Positions 35,195-44,573 of a DNA stretch of 64,000 bases are shown piece after piece. The notes beneath the pieces were generated by a model, which saw only the letters and a list, made by a program, of their open reading frames with translations, was not told where the DNA came from and did not search any database. The stretch is taken from positions 27,272 to 91,271 of the forward strand of contig CAWBEU010000010.1 in assembly GCA_963787975.1 (NCBI GenBank), given 5' to 3'. Within the stretch, counting starts at the first letter, position 1, and every line of letters starts with the position of its first letter. The translations under genes and the position numbers were made by a program. This DNA is from an uncultured Thermoplasmata archaeon (lineage in GTDB: Archaea; Thermoplasmatota; Thermoplasmata; Lutacidiplasmatales; UBA184).

Positions 35195-36913
35195 CTACGC
35201 CGACGCGGCCGGATCAGGAACGGCGCGATACCGGTAGCCCTCTCGGTGCGACCCCTCACGAACAACGGACCATCCGGGGAACTTCCAGGTCCCACCCTCC
35301 GGCACGAACTGGGGATCCCCCTGGCTCAGCTCGCCCAGTTCCGCCTCGAGGTACTCATGGTCGGTGGCGACCTCGGGGGCGATTATTCCCTTCTGGAGGA
35401 GAGTGGTAAGCAGAGGGAGTCCTGCGGGCCGTCCTCGCCACTTAACAGCCAGGAACGCCTTTCGAAACTCTCCGTCCCGGAGGAGTTGCTCCCGGAGGCT
35501 GGCATACGGCGGCCGATTCCGGTAGTCCCGCGGCGGGGCGTCTAGCCGTCGCTTCTCCCGGCGGCTTTCCTCAACGACGGCGCGCCAGGTTGCCGCCGAG
35601 GCGGCCTTGGCCTCCCAGATCGAGACCGCGTCTACCTGTTCGTCCTCGCCCTGGCCGCCGGCAGAGGCACCGCCAGAGTCCACCCCTTCCGGATGCTCCT
35701 GCGTGGCGAGCCGGCCTCCAGCCTTCCGCGGTCCCTTCGGGGTGACTAGTGTGAAGGCCAGCGCCGCGCCGCTTGCCGCGCCCGACGGGGGTCGGATCTG
35801 AAGCTCCTCGCAATCCGGGTACCGGTTCGGATGCAGCACAATGAAGGGACCGCTCTCCGAGGCGCTGAACAATGTTGCGAGCGCCTCGTTCACGGTGGCG
35901 ACCTGCCGACGGACCGCTAGCTCGCTTACCCGGATGAGAGGAAGGCCGGCCTCGGCCTTTCGAGGACGCGAAGCAAGGTCATCGACGAAGGCTTGGGACA
36001 CCTCGGCCTGAATCTGTTGCGTCGCGGTTCGACTGACCGCGCCTTCCGCGGCATGCGACCGGGACAACCCACGTCGGACCCGATGTCCCACGCTCCCTTC
36101 GCGGATGGCCTGCTGGTGCACCGCCCAGAGCCGCATGTTCAGCCAAGGGTGGAGCTTCCCCCCACTCACCTTCGATTCGGCAAAGATTCCGCCCCAGCGA
36201 TCTTGGGCCGTCTCCGCCCAGGTGGTGTCGTCCGGGCTGTGTCGGTACCAAGTCAACGCGAATTCCCGGAGAAGAGCCCCGGCGCTGAGCGGATCGTCGA
36301 CCTCGCGCTTGACTCGCTCCATCAGGGCCTCCGAGCGTGCCGCGAGCAGCGCAAGCAACTCCGGGTCCCCCGCGCCCTCGCGGAGCAAGGGAGCGAGCGG
36401 AATCTGGTTCAGCGCCTGAATGTCGAACTGTTCGGCCGGGTCAAGAGCGAGGAAGCTCCGTAGGGTTTCGGAGCGGACCGGCCGCCCGATTGGCCGAACG
36501 GAAGCTCCCGGCGACGGCTGCGAGTCGGGTAAGGCGGGAGGGGGCTCTGGTAGTGAGACGGGCGGAGATTCCGGTGGAGCGACGGGTACCCGGATGGGAC
36601 GGCTGGGTTCTGAGGCGGTTAGAGCCCGGGTCTCGGGTGGCGCCCGTTCGGGAGACTCGGACCCCGCGTGAGGAGCTGTTCGACGCAAGACCTCCACGTC
36701 GTGCAACCGGCGGTGGTGCTCCCGCTCGATGCGCAGTCGCTCATCCGCTCGCCGGCGATCCTTTTCGCGCTGGATTCGGTCGGCGTCCGTCTCGTTCACC
36801 ATGCGGCAGGGGTCGCCAGACCCAACCAAAATTGGGGCGGCCCGAGGCATTAATCGTTTCGTCGGGGGAAGGCCGGAGGCTGGTCGTCCTTCGGTGGTGT
36901 CAAGGCCGGGCAA
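35195..36913 (-). CDS. Large hypothetical protein (charged coiled-coil N-terminus, Pro-rich linker, helical body)
   Basis: 572-aa ORF. The likely start is ATG 36802 (MVNETDADRIQREKDRRRADERLRIEREHHRRL), because 36913 leaves only 44 nt to the divergent dodecin gene. Its stop is 5 nt from the stop of the pseudo-GTPase gene (convergent). No family recognised. Confidence 0.5.
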   Translation of the reverse strand: MPGLDTTEGRPASGLPPTKRLMPRAAPILVGSGDPCRMVNETDADRIQREKDRRRADERLRIEREHHRRLHDVEVLRRTAPHAGSESPERAPPETRALTASEPSRPIRVPVAPPESPPVSLPEPPPALPDSQPSPGASVRPIGRPVRSETLRSFLALDPAEQFDIQALNQIPLAPLLREGAGDPELLALLAARSEALMERVKREVDDPLSAGALLREFALTWYRHSPDDTTWAETAQDRWGGIFAESKVSGGKLHPWLNMRLWAVHQQAIREGSVGHRVRRGLSRSHAAEGAVSRTATQQIQAEVSQAFVDDLASRPRKAEAGLPLIRVSELAVRRQVATVNEALATLFSASESGPFIVLHPNRYPDCEELQIRPPSGAASGAALAFTLVTPKGPRKAGGRLATQEHPEGVDSGGASAGGQGEDEQVDAVSIWEAKAASAATWRAVVEESRREKRRLDAPPRDYRNRPPYASLREQLLRDGEFRKAFLAVKWRGRPAGLPLLTTLLQKGIIAPEVATDHEYLEAELGELSQGDPQFVPEGGTWKFPGWSVVREGSHREGYRYRAVPDPAASA

Positions 36914-36957
36914 AAGTCTATGCCGGAGGAAATCTTGAGGCTCGCCAGGGACCGAAC

Positions 36958-37164
36958 ATGGTTCAGAAAGTGACCGAGGTCGTGGGAAAGTCGAGCCAGG
37001 GATTCGCTAAAGCCGCCGAAAACGCCGTGACAACCGCCGCCAAGACCCTCCGCAATCTGCGCTGGTTCCGGGTCACGGAGCTCGAAGGAGCCATCAAGGA
37101 CCAGAAGACGATCGAGTACCACGCCACGGTCAAGATATACTTCGAACTCGAGGACGTAAAGTAG
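36958..37164 (+). CDS. Dodecin (flavin-binding)
   Basis: The last 68 aa of ORF 36337..37164 from ATG 36958. MVQKVTEVVGKSSQGFAKAAENAVTTAAKTLRNLRWFRVTELEGAIKDQKTIEYHATVKIYFELE matches the remembered dodecin pattern. Confidence 0.75.
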   Translation: MVQKVTEVVGKSSQGFAKAAENAVTTAAKTLRNLRWFRVTELEGAIKDQKTIEYHATVKIYFELEDVK

Positions 37165-37236
37165 GCCGCTTCGCACGACCCTGGCAACGGGGACGATGCC
37201 GCGAAAGCGGGAGGTAATGAACCCGAAGGGTTAGCT

Positions 37237-37620
37237 GTGTCCGTGGCGGAATCGGAGCCGAGCCATTGGCGAAAGCTCAGCCGCAACGAGGAACGGGTCA
37301 TCGTCCGGAAGGGCACAGAGGCCCCCTACTCCGGTGAGTACGAGCATCTCACCGCGGCCGGGACGTACGAGTGCAGGCGATGCGGCGCCCCGCTCTATCG
37401 ATCCGAGAGCAAGTTCGACTCCGGATGCGGCTGGCCCAGCTTTGACGAGGAGATCCCGGGGAGCGTCCGGAGGCTTGCGGACGCCGACGGGTCCCGGGTC
37501 GAGATTCAGTGCGCCCGTTGTGGCGCCCACCTGGGGCATGTGTTCGAGGGGGAGCACTTCACCCCCCGGAACACGCGCCACTGCGTAAACTCGATTTCGA
37601 TGGTCTTCCGTCCCCGTTAA
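37237..37620 (+). CDS. msrB: Peptide-methionine (R)-S-oxide reductase
   Basis: [10 protein letters not shown], the Zn CxxC pairs ([11 protein letters not shown] ... [14 protein letters not shown]), GCGWPSF, and the catalytic RHCVNS. Confidence 0.9.
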   Translation: MSVAESEPSHWRKLSRNEERVIVRKGTEAPYSGEYEHLTAAGTYECRRCGAPLYRSESKFDSGCGWPSFDEEIPGSVRRLADADGSRVEIQCARCGAHLGHVFEGEHFTPRNTRHCVNSISMVFRPR

Positions 37621-37683
37621 CCAGCCTCCGGCTGACAACCTTTTGTAGGCTCCCATCGGTCGGGCGAGCTCTGGTCAATCCCA

Positions 37684-38409
37684 ATGATGCACACCACGAA
37701 AGGGTACGAGACTCACCCGCATCCTACGTTCCTTTCCGATTTCATCCTGGGGAGCCAGGACGGTCTCGTCAACGTCCTCGGAATCTTGCTCGGCTTGAGC
37801 GCTGCGACCATCAGCCTGGGCGCTGCGCCCGCCATCCACCGGCTGATACTTGTCGCCGCCTTCGCCGCCCTCGGCGCTGAGTCGATCTCGATGGGCGCCG
37901 TAGCGTACACTTCGACGCTGGCCCGCCGCCGGCTCTACTTGAGCGAGGTCCGCCGCGAACAGGACGAGATGCGCGAGGTCCCGGAGATCGAGCGCGAAGA
38001 AGTACGGGTCGTGCTGAAGGACTGGGGCTACACGGGCGCGGACCTCGAGGACATGCTCGACCGGATCTGTCGCAATCCGCGGGCCTGGATGGAGTTCATG
38101 ATGGCGTTCGAGCTGAAACTCGCCCCGGTCAAGGAAACCCAAGCCCGGGACAGCTTTGTCACCGTCTTTCTAGCGACGGTGGCCGGGTCCTTCGTTCCGA
38201 TCCTGCCGTTCCTAGTGCCCAGGATCACCATCGAGTCGGCCTTAGTCATATCCGTCGTCCTTTCGGCCATCACGCTGGCGTTCGTTGGCGTCTACGAGGC
38301 CCGAACGACGGGTGGGAGTCCCTTCAAGAGCGCGACCCAGATGATCATCATCGGTCTAGCGGCCGGGTTTGCGGGCTTCTTGATCGGTCTCGCGTTGGGC
38401 GCCACGTGA
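37684..38409 (+). CDS. VIT1/CCC1 family iron/manganese transporter
   Basis: FILGSQDGLVNVLGILLGLSAA, the metal-binding cytoplasmic helices EVRREQDEMREVPEIEREEVR, and C-terminal TM helices. Confidence 0.7.
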   Translation: MMHTTKGYETHPHPTFLSDFILGSQDGLVNVLGILLGLSAATISLGAAPAIHRLILVAAFAALGAESISMGAVAYTSTLARRRLYLSEVRREQDEMREVPEIEREEVRVVLKDWGYTGADLEDMLDRICRNPRAWMEFMMAFELKLAPVKETQARDSFVTVFLATVAGSFVPILPFLVPRITIESALVISVVLSAITLAFVGVYEARTTGGSPFKSATQMIIIGLAAGFAGFLIGLALGAT

Positions 38410-38568
38410 AAGGGTGCGTGACGGCCGGGAAGAGCCCGGGATCGATCGAGCGGCTTGGCAGTAGGTTCGAGCTGCGGACGTGTACCTAGCGGTTAGAATC
38501 TGCGCGGCGCGCCCACGCCGGCCACGGAGTGAGGCGACAGGTTTACGGCCCGACTGACTTGCCTCCCC

Positions 38569-39150
38569 GTGGACCCTGCCGTTCCGCCCCAGAGCGCCTC
38601 GCTCCCGCCGAGCGCGGTGTCGCTGGAGGACCGCCGCTGGCTACACGACAAGTTCGAGCGCCTGGCGGCCGAGGAGGGGCAGCTCGCGGCCGGAAGGACG
38701 TCGTACTTCGCCGCCATCGGCACGGTCTTGATCACCGCGATGGTCGTCGCAGTCGCTGACCTGTCAGGGAACCCGCTCGAGCTGACGTTCTTCATCACGT
38801 TCCTCTCTGTTCTTGGGGTCCTCATCACGTTCGTCTGGGCCGTGCTGCTCCATCGCACGAACGATGCCCAGAGCTTGTGGCGAGAATCGAACTTGCGCCT
38901 CGAGCAGCTGTCTCCACCGATCGAGGGGTCCATACCCGTCCCGGTGACCCTCCGGTCGGGAGCGTCTCTTTCCGTGAACCTCCTGCGTCCGTACGAGTCG
39001 CATGCGGCCCGCTTTTCGAAGGCTCGGTCGATCTCGTGGATGGACCGAGTGAACCCAGAGGGTCTCACGGAGGTACTGCCGGTCACCTTCCTGATCGTTT
39101 GGTCAGCGGCGCTGGTCGTCGTGTGGGCTTGGTACCTGTTCTTTCACTAG
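38569..39150 (+). CDS. Hypothetical membrane protein
   Basis: 193-aa ORF (GTG start) with three clear hydrophobic helices (YFAAIGTVLITAMVVAVA, LTFFITFLSVLGVLITFVWAVLL, VLPVTFLIVWSAALVVVWAWYLF). I preferred it over the antisense ORF 38493..39086. Confidence 0.45.
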   Translation: MDPAVPPQSASLPPSAVSLEDRRWLHDKFERLAAEEGQLAAGRTSYFAAIGTVLITAMVVAVADLSGNPLELTFFITFLSVLGVLITFVWAVLLHRTNDAQSLWRESNLRLEQLSPPIEGSIPVPVTLRSGASLSVNLLRPYESHAARFSKARSISWMDRVNPEGLTEVLPVTFLIVWSAALVVVWAWYLFFH

Positions 39151-39165
39151 CGCGGGCGTCGATGT

Positions 39166-40545
39166 CTAAACGTCGACCTCAGCGTGGACCTTCGCCCGGC
39201 GGACCGCTCGGACCAGGGCAGCATGGTCTTGCGCCGTCTGGTCCGCGTACGCCTCGGCGAAGGATGCAACGGCGACATCGAAGAGATCTCGGGTCCCCAG
39301 ATACCCGCTGATGAAAGCCGGGTCGCCCGTCCGAGCATGCGCCCGCGCCAGCGCCGCTCCGCAGAGGCCGGCCTGGCCGATCAATGTCTTGGGACGCAGC
39401 GTCGCGGCGTCGGTGGAGAACTTCATGTCCCGCAGCTGCCGGAAGTAGAAGTCGCGGGAGTTCAACCGGCTCCAACCGAGAAAGATGTCGCTGGCTTCCT
39501 GGATGAGGTGCTGGCCGATCACGACTCGTTGCGCGTGGTTTTCGAACCGGCTCGGTCCCGCATAGGGTTCGAGAACGGAGGCGTTGGCCTGTTTGAGCTG
39601 GAGAAAGAGGGGGTCTTCCACGTCGCGATCGGCCATGAGCAATATGACCGAACAGACGGTACCCACGCTTCCCACACCGACCACTTTCTGGGCCACGTCG
39701 ACGATGTGGTAGCGTTCCAGCAACGTCCGCCGCTCATCGGCGAGGGTCCTCATGTACTGATCGAAGAACTTCCGAGACTCCTCGGCGTCGGCGGGATTCT
39801 TGTAGTGCACGATCAACGGCGGGTCGTCCCGGATCTTGTATCGCCCATGGACGGTCTGTACCAATTTCGGGAAGGCGTGGAAGACGGTGCGGCGGCGGGC
39901 TCGACGGACCGCCTGGGCGATGATCCTTCGGCCCTCGCGGCTGGACTGGCGCGAGATGGTCCGGCGGTCGATATGAGAGTACCACGTGTCGAGGTATCGA
40001 GCGGTCCCGAACGCCTGCATGTGGTGGCGGTAGGCCCGGAGGGCGGTGAGAGCGGCCCTCCGGCCGATGTCGCGTGAGAACCGGTTGTTCCGGCCCACCA
40101 GGACGAGGCTCGTTGCGAGTCGCTTGACATCCCATTCCCACGGGCCGGGCAGGGTCTCATCGAAATCGTTGACGTCGAAGACCCGATTTCGCTCCGGAGT
40201 CGCAAACACGCCGAAATTGCTGAGATGAGCGTCCCCGCAGAGTTGCGCTCTGCCTCCGCAGATTGGCGTGGTCGCTAGGTCGCGGGCCATTATGCTCGCC
40301 GACCCGCGATAGAACATGAAGGGCGAGAGCGACATGCGCCCGTACCAGATCGGGACGAGGGACGACACGCGGGTGTGGCTCGCGGCTTCGAGCGTGTCGA
40401 CCGGGTCGGGTCGCCCTTTGGGTGGAGTCCAGCCGGCATGGCTCGACCGGGGCACTCGTTGCCGGGCGGCTTTCCCGTCCATGTACCGCTGCCGACGCGT
40501 TCGGGCGGGAGCGGAGGTCCGCCCCACCGAGATTGCCATGCCCAC
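39166..40545 (-). CDS. DUF2252 domain protein
   Basis: MSLSPFMFYRGSASIMARDLA, GDAHLSNFG and FDVNDFDETLPGPWEWDVKRLATS match the DUF2252 family as I recall it. Confidence 0.7.
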   Translation of the reverse strand: MGMAISVGRTSAPARTRRQRYMDGKAARQRVPRSSHAGWTPPKGRPDPVDTLEAASHTRVSSLVPIWYGRMSLSPFMFYRGSASIMARDLATTPICGGRAQLCGDAHLSNFGVFATPERNRVFDVNDFDETLPGPWEWDVKRLATSLVLVGRNNRFSRDIGRRAALTALRAYRHHMQAFGTARYLDTWYSHIDRRTISRQSSREGRRIIAQAVRRARRRTVFHAFPKLVQTVHGRYKIRDDPPLIVHYKNPADAEESRKFFDQYMRTLADERRTLLERYHIVDVAQKVVGVGSVGTVCSVILLMADRDVEDPLFLQLKQANASVLEPYAGPSRFENHAQRVVIGQHLIQEASDIFLGWSRLNSRDFYFRQLRDMKFSTDAATLRPKTLIGQAGLCGAALARAHARTGDPAFISGYLGTRDLFDVAVASFAEAYADQTAQDHAALVRAVRRAKVHAEVDV

Positions 40546-40598
40546 TCAGCTCCTGGGGACGTTCTCCGGGTGCGTCCGATGGTATTGGAGACGGGGAG

Positions 40599-41153
40599 TT
40601 ACGGCGACGCCCCCGACCGCCTTTGGGAGGAGGGGGCTGGGGGCTCGTTCGGAGCAGCCGCAGGCACCCCAGCCGCAGGGGTAGAAACCCCCGGGGAGGA
40701 CTTCTGCTGCGTCCCGAACGTCGGGGGAGTCCGGAACGCGATCATCAGCCGGTTCCAAGAATTGATTTCGACAATCGCAATCGAAAGGTCGACGATCTCC
40801 CGCTCCGAAAACTGTGCTTTCACGCGATCCCAAGCGGAATCGGGAACATGATCCAAGGACACCTGGGTCAAGCTTTCGGTCCAAGAGAGAGCGGCTCGCT
40901 CCTTCTCGGAGAACGCGGGGGACTCCGTCCACCCCGCCAGCGTATCGAGCTGGGGTTGCGGTACGCCCGCCCGGCGAGCCCGACGATAATGCACATCGAG
41001 ACAGTACGCGCAACCGTTGATCTGAGACGCGCGGAGCTTCACCAGCTCGACCAGGGTGGCAGGAAGTGCGCCGCTTCGGACGAAGCGAGCGAACTCAGTC
41101 AGACCCTTCGTTGACTCGGGCGCCACCACCTCGTACTCGATGCGAGCAGACAT
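40599..41153 (-). CDS. Carboxymuconolactone decarboxylase / AhpD-like family protein
   Basis: LVELVKLRASQINGCAYCLDVH (the CxxC of AhpD-like proteins) and EKERAALSWTESLT. The C-terminal tail is Pro/Ala-rich. Confidence 0.75.
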   Translation of the reverse strand: MSARIEYEVVAPESTKGLTEFARFVRSGALPATLVELVKLRASQINGCAYCLDVHYRRARRAGVPQPQLDTLAGWTESPAFSEKERAALSWTESLTQVSLDHVPDSAWDRVKAQFSEREIVDLSIAIVEINSWNRLMIAFRTPPTFGTQQKSSPGVSTPAAGVPAAAPNEPPAPSSQRRSGASP

Positions 41154-41348
41154 GGAATCAAACGCGGAGCGACTCGGTCAAACTTTAGGATTGCGAGTCC
41201 GTGTTCTGGCCGGTCTGCTCGACCGGGGTAGGCCCTGCCGGAAGGCCGCCGTCGGGAGGGGCTCCGCCGAGACTTCTGCGCGCGCCGCGGAACGTGCCTG
41301 CCAATCCACCGTCGTACAGGGGACGGTGGGCCGGCTCACAGGTCGGAC

Positions 41349-41687
41349 TCAGGGCGCGTCCACGACGAGGACGTTATCCTCGAGCCGGACCGGGAAGGTC
41401 CGCTCCGGGGTGGTGGCGGGCCCACGGACCACTTGGCCCGTGTCGAGGCTGAACTGGGAACCGTGCCACGGACACGTCACGTTCCGGCCGGTCACCGCCC
41501 CCTTCTCCAAGGGTCCACCCCGGTGCGTGCATCTCGCTTCGATCGCGCGGAGTTCTCCACCGATGTTGAACACGGCGACTGGCACGCCCTTGACGTCGAC
41601 TCGGAGCGCTTCCCCGGGGGAGGGAGGTTTGACCTGTGGAAAGCGGATCGGCTCCATGGTGGTCCTCTCGGCGGGTGAGGCACTCAC
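41349..41687 (-). CDS. Rieske [2Fe-2S] domain protein
   Basis: CTHRGGPL ... CPWHGSQF (CxH...CxxH). Confidence 0.85.
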   Translation of the reverse strand: MSASPAERTTMEPIRFPQVKPPSPGEALRVDVKGVPVAVFNIGGELRAIEARCTHRGGPLEKGAVTGRNVTCPWHGSQFSLDTGQVVRGPATTPERTFPVRLEDNVLVVDAP

Positions 41688-41727
41688 ACCTCTTGAAAGG
41701 ATTCCCGCGCGACGGTCGGCGGCCCGG

Positions 41728-42204
41728 TCAGTCTCCGAAGCCAGTAATAGGTGGCTCGACGTCCTTTTGCCAGAGGAGGGCGTTCATCTCGCCCCGGTGC
41801 TGGAGCTCCTCTTCGGCCATGTGCAGGAGAAGGACCCGGAGGGATATTCGTCGCGGGCTCCCGCGAATGGAGAACGTTCGCGATAGGTCGCTCGGGCGGA
41901 GCTTCGCCAGCACGCCCAACACGAAGCGGTCCGTCTGCCGCTCCTCGGCCACGGCCTCTGCCCGAGAAAGCTTCTGTCCGATGGGGTATTCGTTCCAATC
42001 GCGGTCCTTCGCGTAGATCGCACGGAACCAGAAGCGATACGCGTCGAGGACGTGAAGAAAGATATCGACGACCGACGGGAAGGATGCGCCACGGGACCGG
42101 TACCGCTCCTTGGTCGGCAGGCGCCAGATGACTGCTAGATACTTCTTCCGGACCTGAGAGTTGTACTTGTAGAGGGCACGGATGGTGTCGAGTTCAGAGC
42201 GCAT
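41728..42204 (-). CDS. DinB family protein
   Basis: 158 aa. A four-helix pattern with conserved His positions (IFLHVLDAYRFW ... LLLHMAEEELQHRGEM). Confidence 0.65.
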   Translation of the reverse strand: MRSELDTIRALYKYNSQVRKKYLAVIWRLPTKERYRSRGASFPSVVDIFLHVLDAYRFWFRAIYAKDRDWNEYPIGQKLSRAEAVAEERQTDRFVLGVLAKLRPSDLSRTFSIRGSPRRISLRVLLLHMAEEELQHRGEMNALLWQKDVEPPITGFGD

Positions 42205-42326
42205 CAGACGGGAAACGACTTACCCCTCTTATCCTCGACGGGATGCGCCACGGGCGACTGGCGAGCGTCGAGCCCCGTCGCGAAACGAGAGCGGTCTGCG
42301 ACTTACGACCCAGGGCGCCGGCGATT

Positions 42327-42963
42327 CTAGGTCACCGAGAGGTTCAGCACCCCATTGTAGGCAGAGCCGGGGCAGGTCACGTTGAACTGGAGCATCTCGT
42401 TGGTGTTCGCCGGAATCGACAACGGCACGTCCGCACCACTCACCGAGAACCCCGCGGTCGCGGAACTGACTGTCGAGATCGTGCAGCTTGCTGTCCCTCC
42501 GCCTGACGTGACGTTACCGCCGATGCTGAAAAGGAGCCACACTATCTGGCTTGTGTTCGCTGTAAATCCCTCCCAGCTGGCATTTGCGGGAGTCGCGATT
42601 CCGCAAGGGTTGTCGGAAGACTGGAAGGTGATTTCGGTAACGTTGATGGCCGGCGAGTAAGGGAGCGCGAGGTATCCGATGACGCCCACAATCAAGATGA
42701 AAACAACGAGGCCGACTAGGATCCAGAGCCAAAGCCGCCGCCTCGGGCGCGCCGGAGAAGGAGCGCTGTACGGAGGAGCACCGTAGGGAGCGGCATCGTA
42801 CGGAGGCGCGCCCCAGACGGGAGGTGGCGGCGGCGCGCCCGTGGGCCCGCTGGAAGGGAGGGGAGACGAAGGGGCCGGAGGGAGCGCCGTTCCGCAGGAC
42901 CTGGCAGAATGCCGCCGTCGGAGAATTCGCCCCCCCACACTGAGGGCAATAGCGCGCGGCCAC
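42327..42963 (-). CDS. Zinc-ribbon / Pro-rich / single-TM extracellular-domain protein, frame interrupted by an apparent 1-nt insertion near 42893-42900
   Basis: GTG 42963 opens MAARYCPQCGGANSPTAAFCQ (ORF 42514..42963). The second half of the ribbon and the rest of the protein (SCGTALPPAP...PPYDAAPYGAPPYS...LWLWILVGLVVFILIVGVIGYL...NVTEITF...) continue in the frame of ORF 42327..43169. Confidence 0.6.
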
Positions 42964-43024
42964 GGTCGGGTTGAAGCAGCCCGACGGTACTTATCGCCGT
43001 CGCCGAACAACGCTCGAGGGCCGG

Positions 43025-43426
43025 TCAGTGGGCCGAAAAGGAAAGCGCAAGTTTTGAAAGGGCGGATCGGGTGATTCCGAGGAAGCGCATTCCATCGACC
43101 CGCTGGAGGACCTCCCCGTCGCGGAACACGATGATCGATGGCGTGATCCGGACCCGAAAGTCCTCCCACAGCGGGTTCTCGAGGTCCGTGATGTCAGCAA
43201 TCGCAAGCGTGGCCGGCAAGGTGTCCTTGAGCGCCACGAGCCGCGACATGAACCGACGGGTGACGGGACACCAAGCCGCAGCGAAGCACACGACGGTGGT
43301 TCCCGAACGGCTCAACCTCCCATTCGTGAAATCGGCATTTCCCAAGACCTCGAGTCCCGTCGCGGCCCAGGGGGTCCCGGATGTTGCTGATCTGCTCGCC
43401 ACAGGGTTGCCTCGCCGGTGCGCCAA
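43025..43426 (-). CDS. Thioredoxin-fold protein with monothiol WCPVT site
   Basis: TVVCFAAAWCPVTRRF occupies the position of xxVDFWAxWCGPCK, and later ITPSIIVFRDGEV (cis-Pro region). The start is uncertain. Confidence 0.6.
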   Translation of the reverse strand: MAHRRGNPVASRSATSGTPWAATGLEVLGNADFTNGRLSRSGTTVVCFAAAWCPVTRRFMSRLVALKDTLPATLAIADITDLENPLWEDFRVRITPSIIVFRDGEVLQRVDGMRFLGITRSALSKLALSFSAH

Positions 43427-43527
43427 CGCGGGGAGGCCTATGAATCCGGGCTCTCAGTTGCCGGGGGCTCCTCCGGGAAGCCACTAGGCGCCCGAGCTCC
43501 GGGAACCGCCTGTCCCGTGGGAGCCGG

Positions 43528-44538
43528 TCATAAGTTCGATTCCAGCGCACGCCGGGGGTCCCTCCAGGCGGTTCGGGTCCCGACCGTCCCGGTCGCTGCG
43601 TCCACCTCGGCCAGGACGCCAGCGGCCCGATTGAAGAATGCCATCTCGAGCGAATACCAGAACACCTCGAATCCTCCGGGGGTGGCACGCGATTCGCCGA
43701 AATGATGAGTCTCGCCTAGAAACCAACTCGCATGAAGCGCCGGCCCGTAGCTTCGGGCCAGGGCCTCGGCGGAGCTGGTGACGGGCCCTTGGCCCGACGA
43801 GGCGCGGGGGACCGTCAGCGACTCGGTGGGCGTGAGGAAACCGCGGAGGAGATGGTACCGGGCGACGCGCAGGCGGAGCTCCCCGCTGGACTCCGCGCGT
43901 CCGAAGAAGAGGAAGACGAGCGGGTTGGCCTGGGGAATCACCTCGTCAAAGCCGGCCCGTCGCTTCGCGATCCCCGCTCGCCAGCGGGCGAGGAGGCGGA
44001 CGACAAGGTAGAGCAGCGCGGCTCCCAGAAGGAGCCACGCCGTAACCTCCCAGATCCAGAGCGCAACCCGTCCCCGTTCATAGATCATGATGGCGTAGGA
44101 AAGGACGGTAAACGCCATCGCGCCGACGTTCATGATCCGGTCCGCGTCGAAATGGTACTCGTGCGCGGAGAACGGCGCGAAGATAGGGACGGACCAGTGG
44201 TCCATGGCGTCGAGCAACACGTGGGAGAGGCCCCCCACCTCCAACGCGACGAAGAAGTCGAGGAGCGGGCCGGTACCGAATCGGGGCCCAAACGCCCACG
44301 CGAGCGCGTGCGGAACTACGAACGTGCCGACCGCGGCGATGATCGTCACCCCGAGTACCGAGTGCGAGATTCCACGATGACGAAGGAGGGGAAACCGGGT
44401 CGAGAGCGGGTAGAGCAGCACGTCCGCGTCAGGGAGCGCGCCCGCGAACGCGCAGGCGACGACGAACTGGAGGCCCGCCGGGCCCCAGAGGCCGAAGCCG
44501 AGCAGGTACGCGAGCAGGATGTGGCTGAACGGGTCCAC
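43528..44538 (-). CDS. YdjM/DUF457-type membrane-bound metal-dependent hydrolase with C-terminal soluble extension
   Basis: The N-terminus MDPFSHILLAYLLG...RGISHSVLG...GLSHVLLDAMDHWSVP is typical of the LexA-regulated YdjM family, with about 6 TM helices. Confidence 0.55.
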   Translation of the reverse strand: MDPFSHILLAYLLGFGLWGPAGLQFVVACAFAGALPDADVLLYPLSTRFPLLRHRGISHSVLGVTIIAAVGTFVVPHALAWAFGPRFGTGPLLDFFVALEVGGLSHVLLDAMDHWSVPIFAPFSAHEYHFDADRIMNVGAMAFTVLSYAIMIYERGRVALWIWEVTAWLLLGAALLYLVVRLLARWRAGIAKRRAGFDEVIPQANPLVFLFFGRAESSGELRLRVARYHLLRGFLTPTESLTVPRASSGQGPVTSSAEALARSYGPALHASWFLGETHHFGESRATPGGFEVFWYSLEMAFFNRAAGVLAEVDAATGTVGTRTAWRDPRRALESNL

Positions 44539-44573
44539 CGGAAGCCCCGCGGAGCGGAGAGGCGGTCAGCGGG

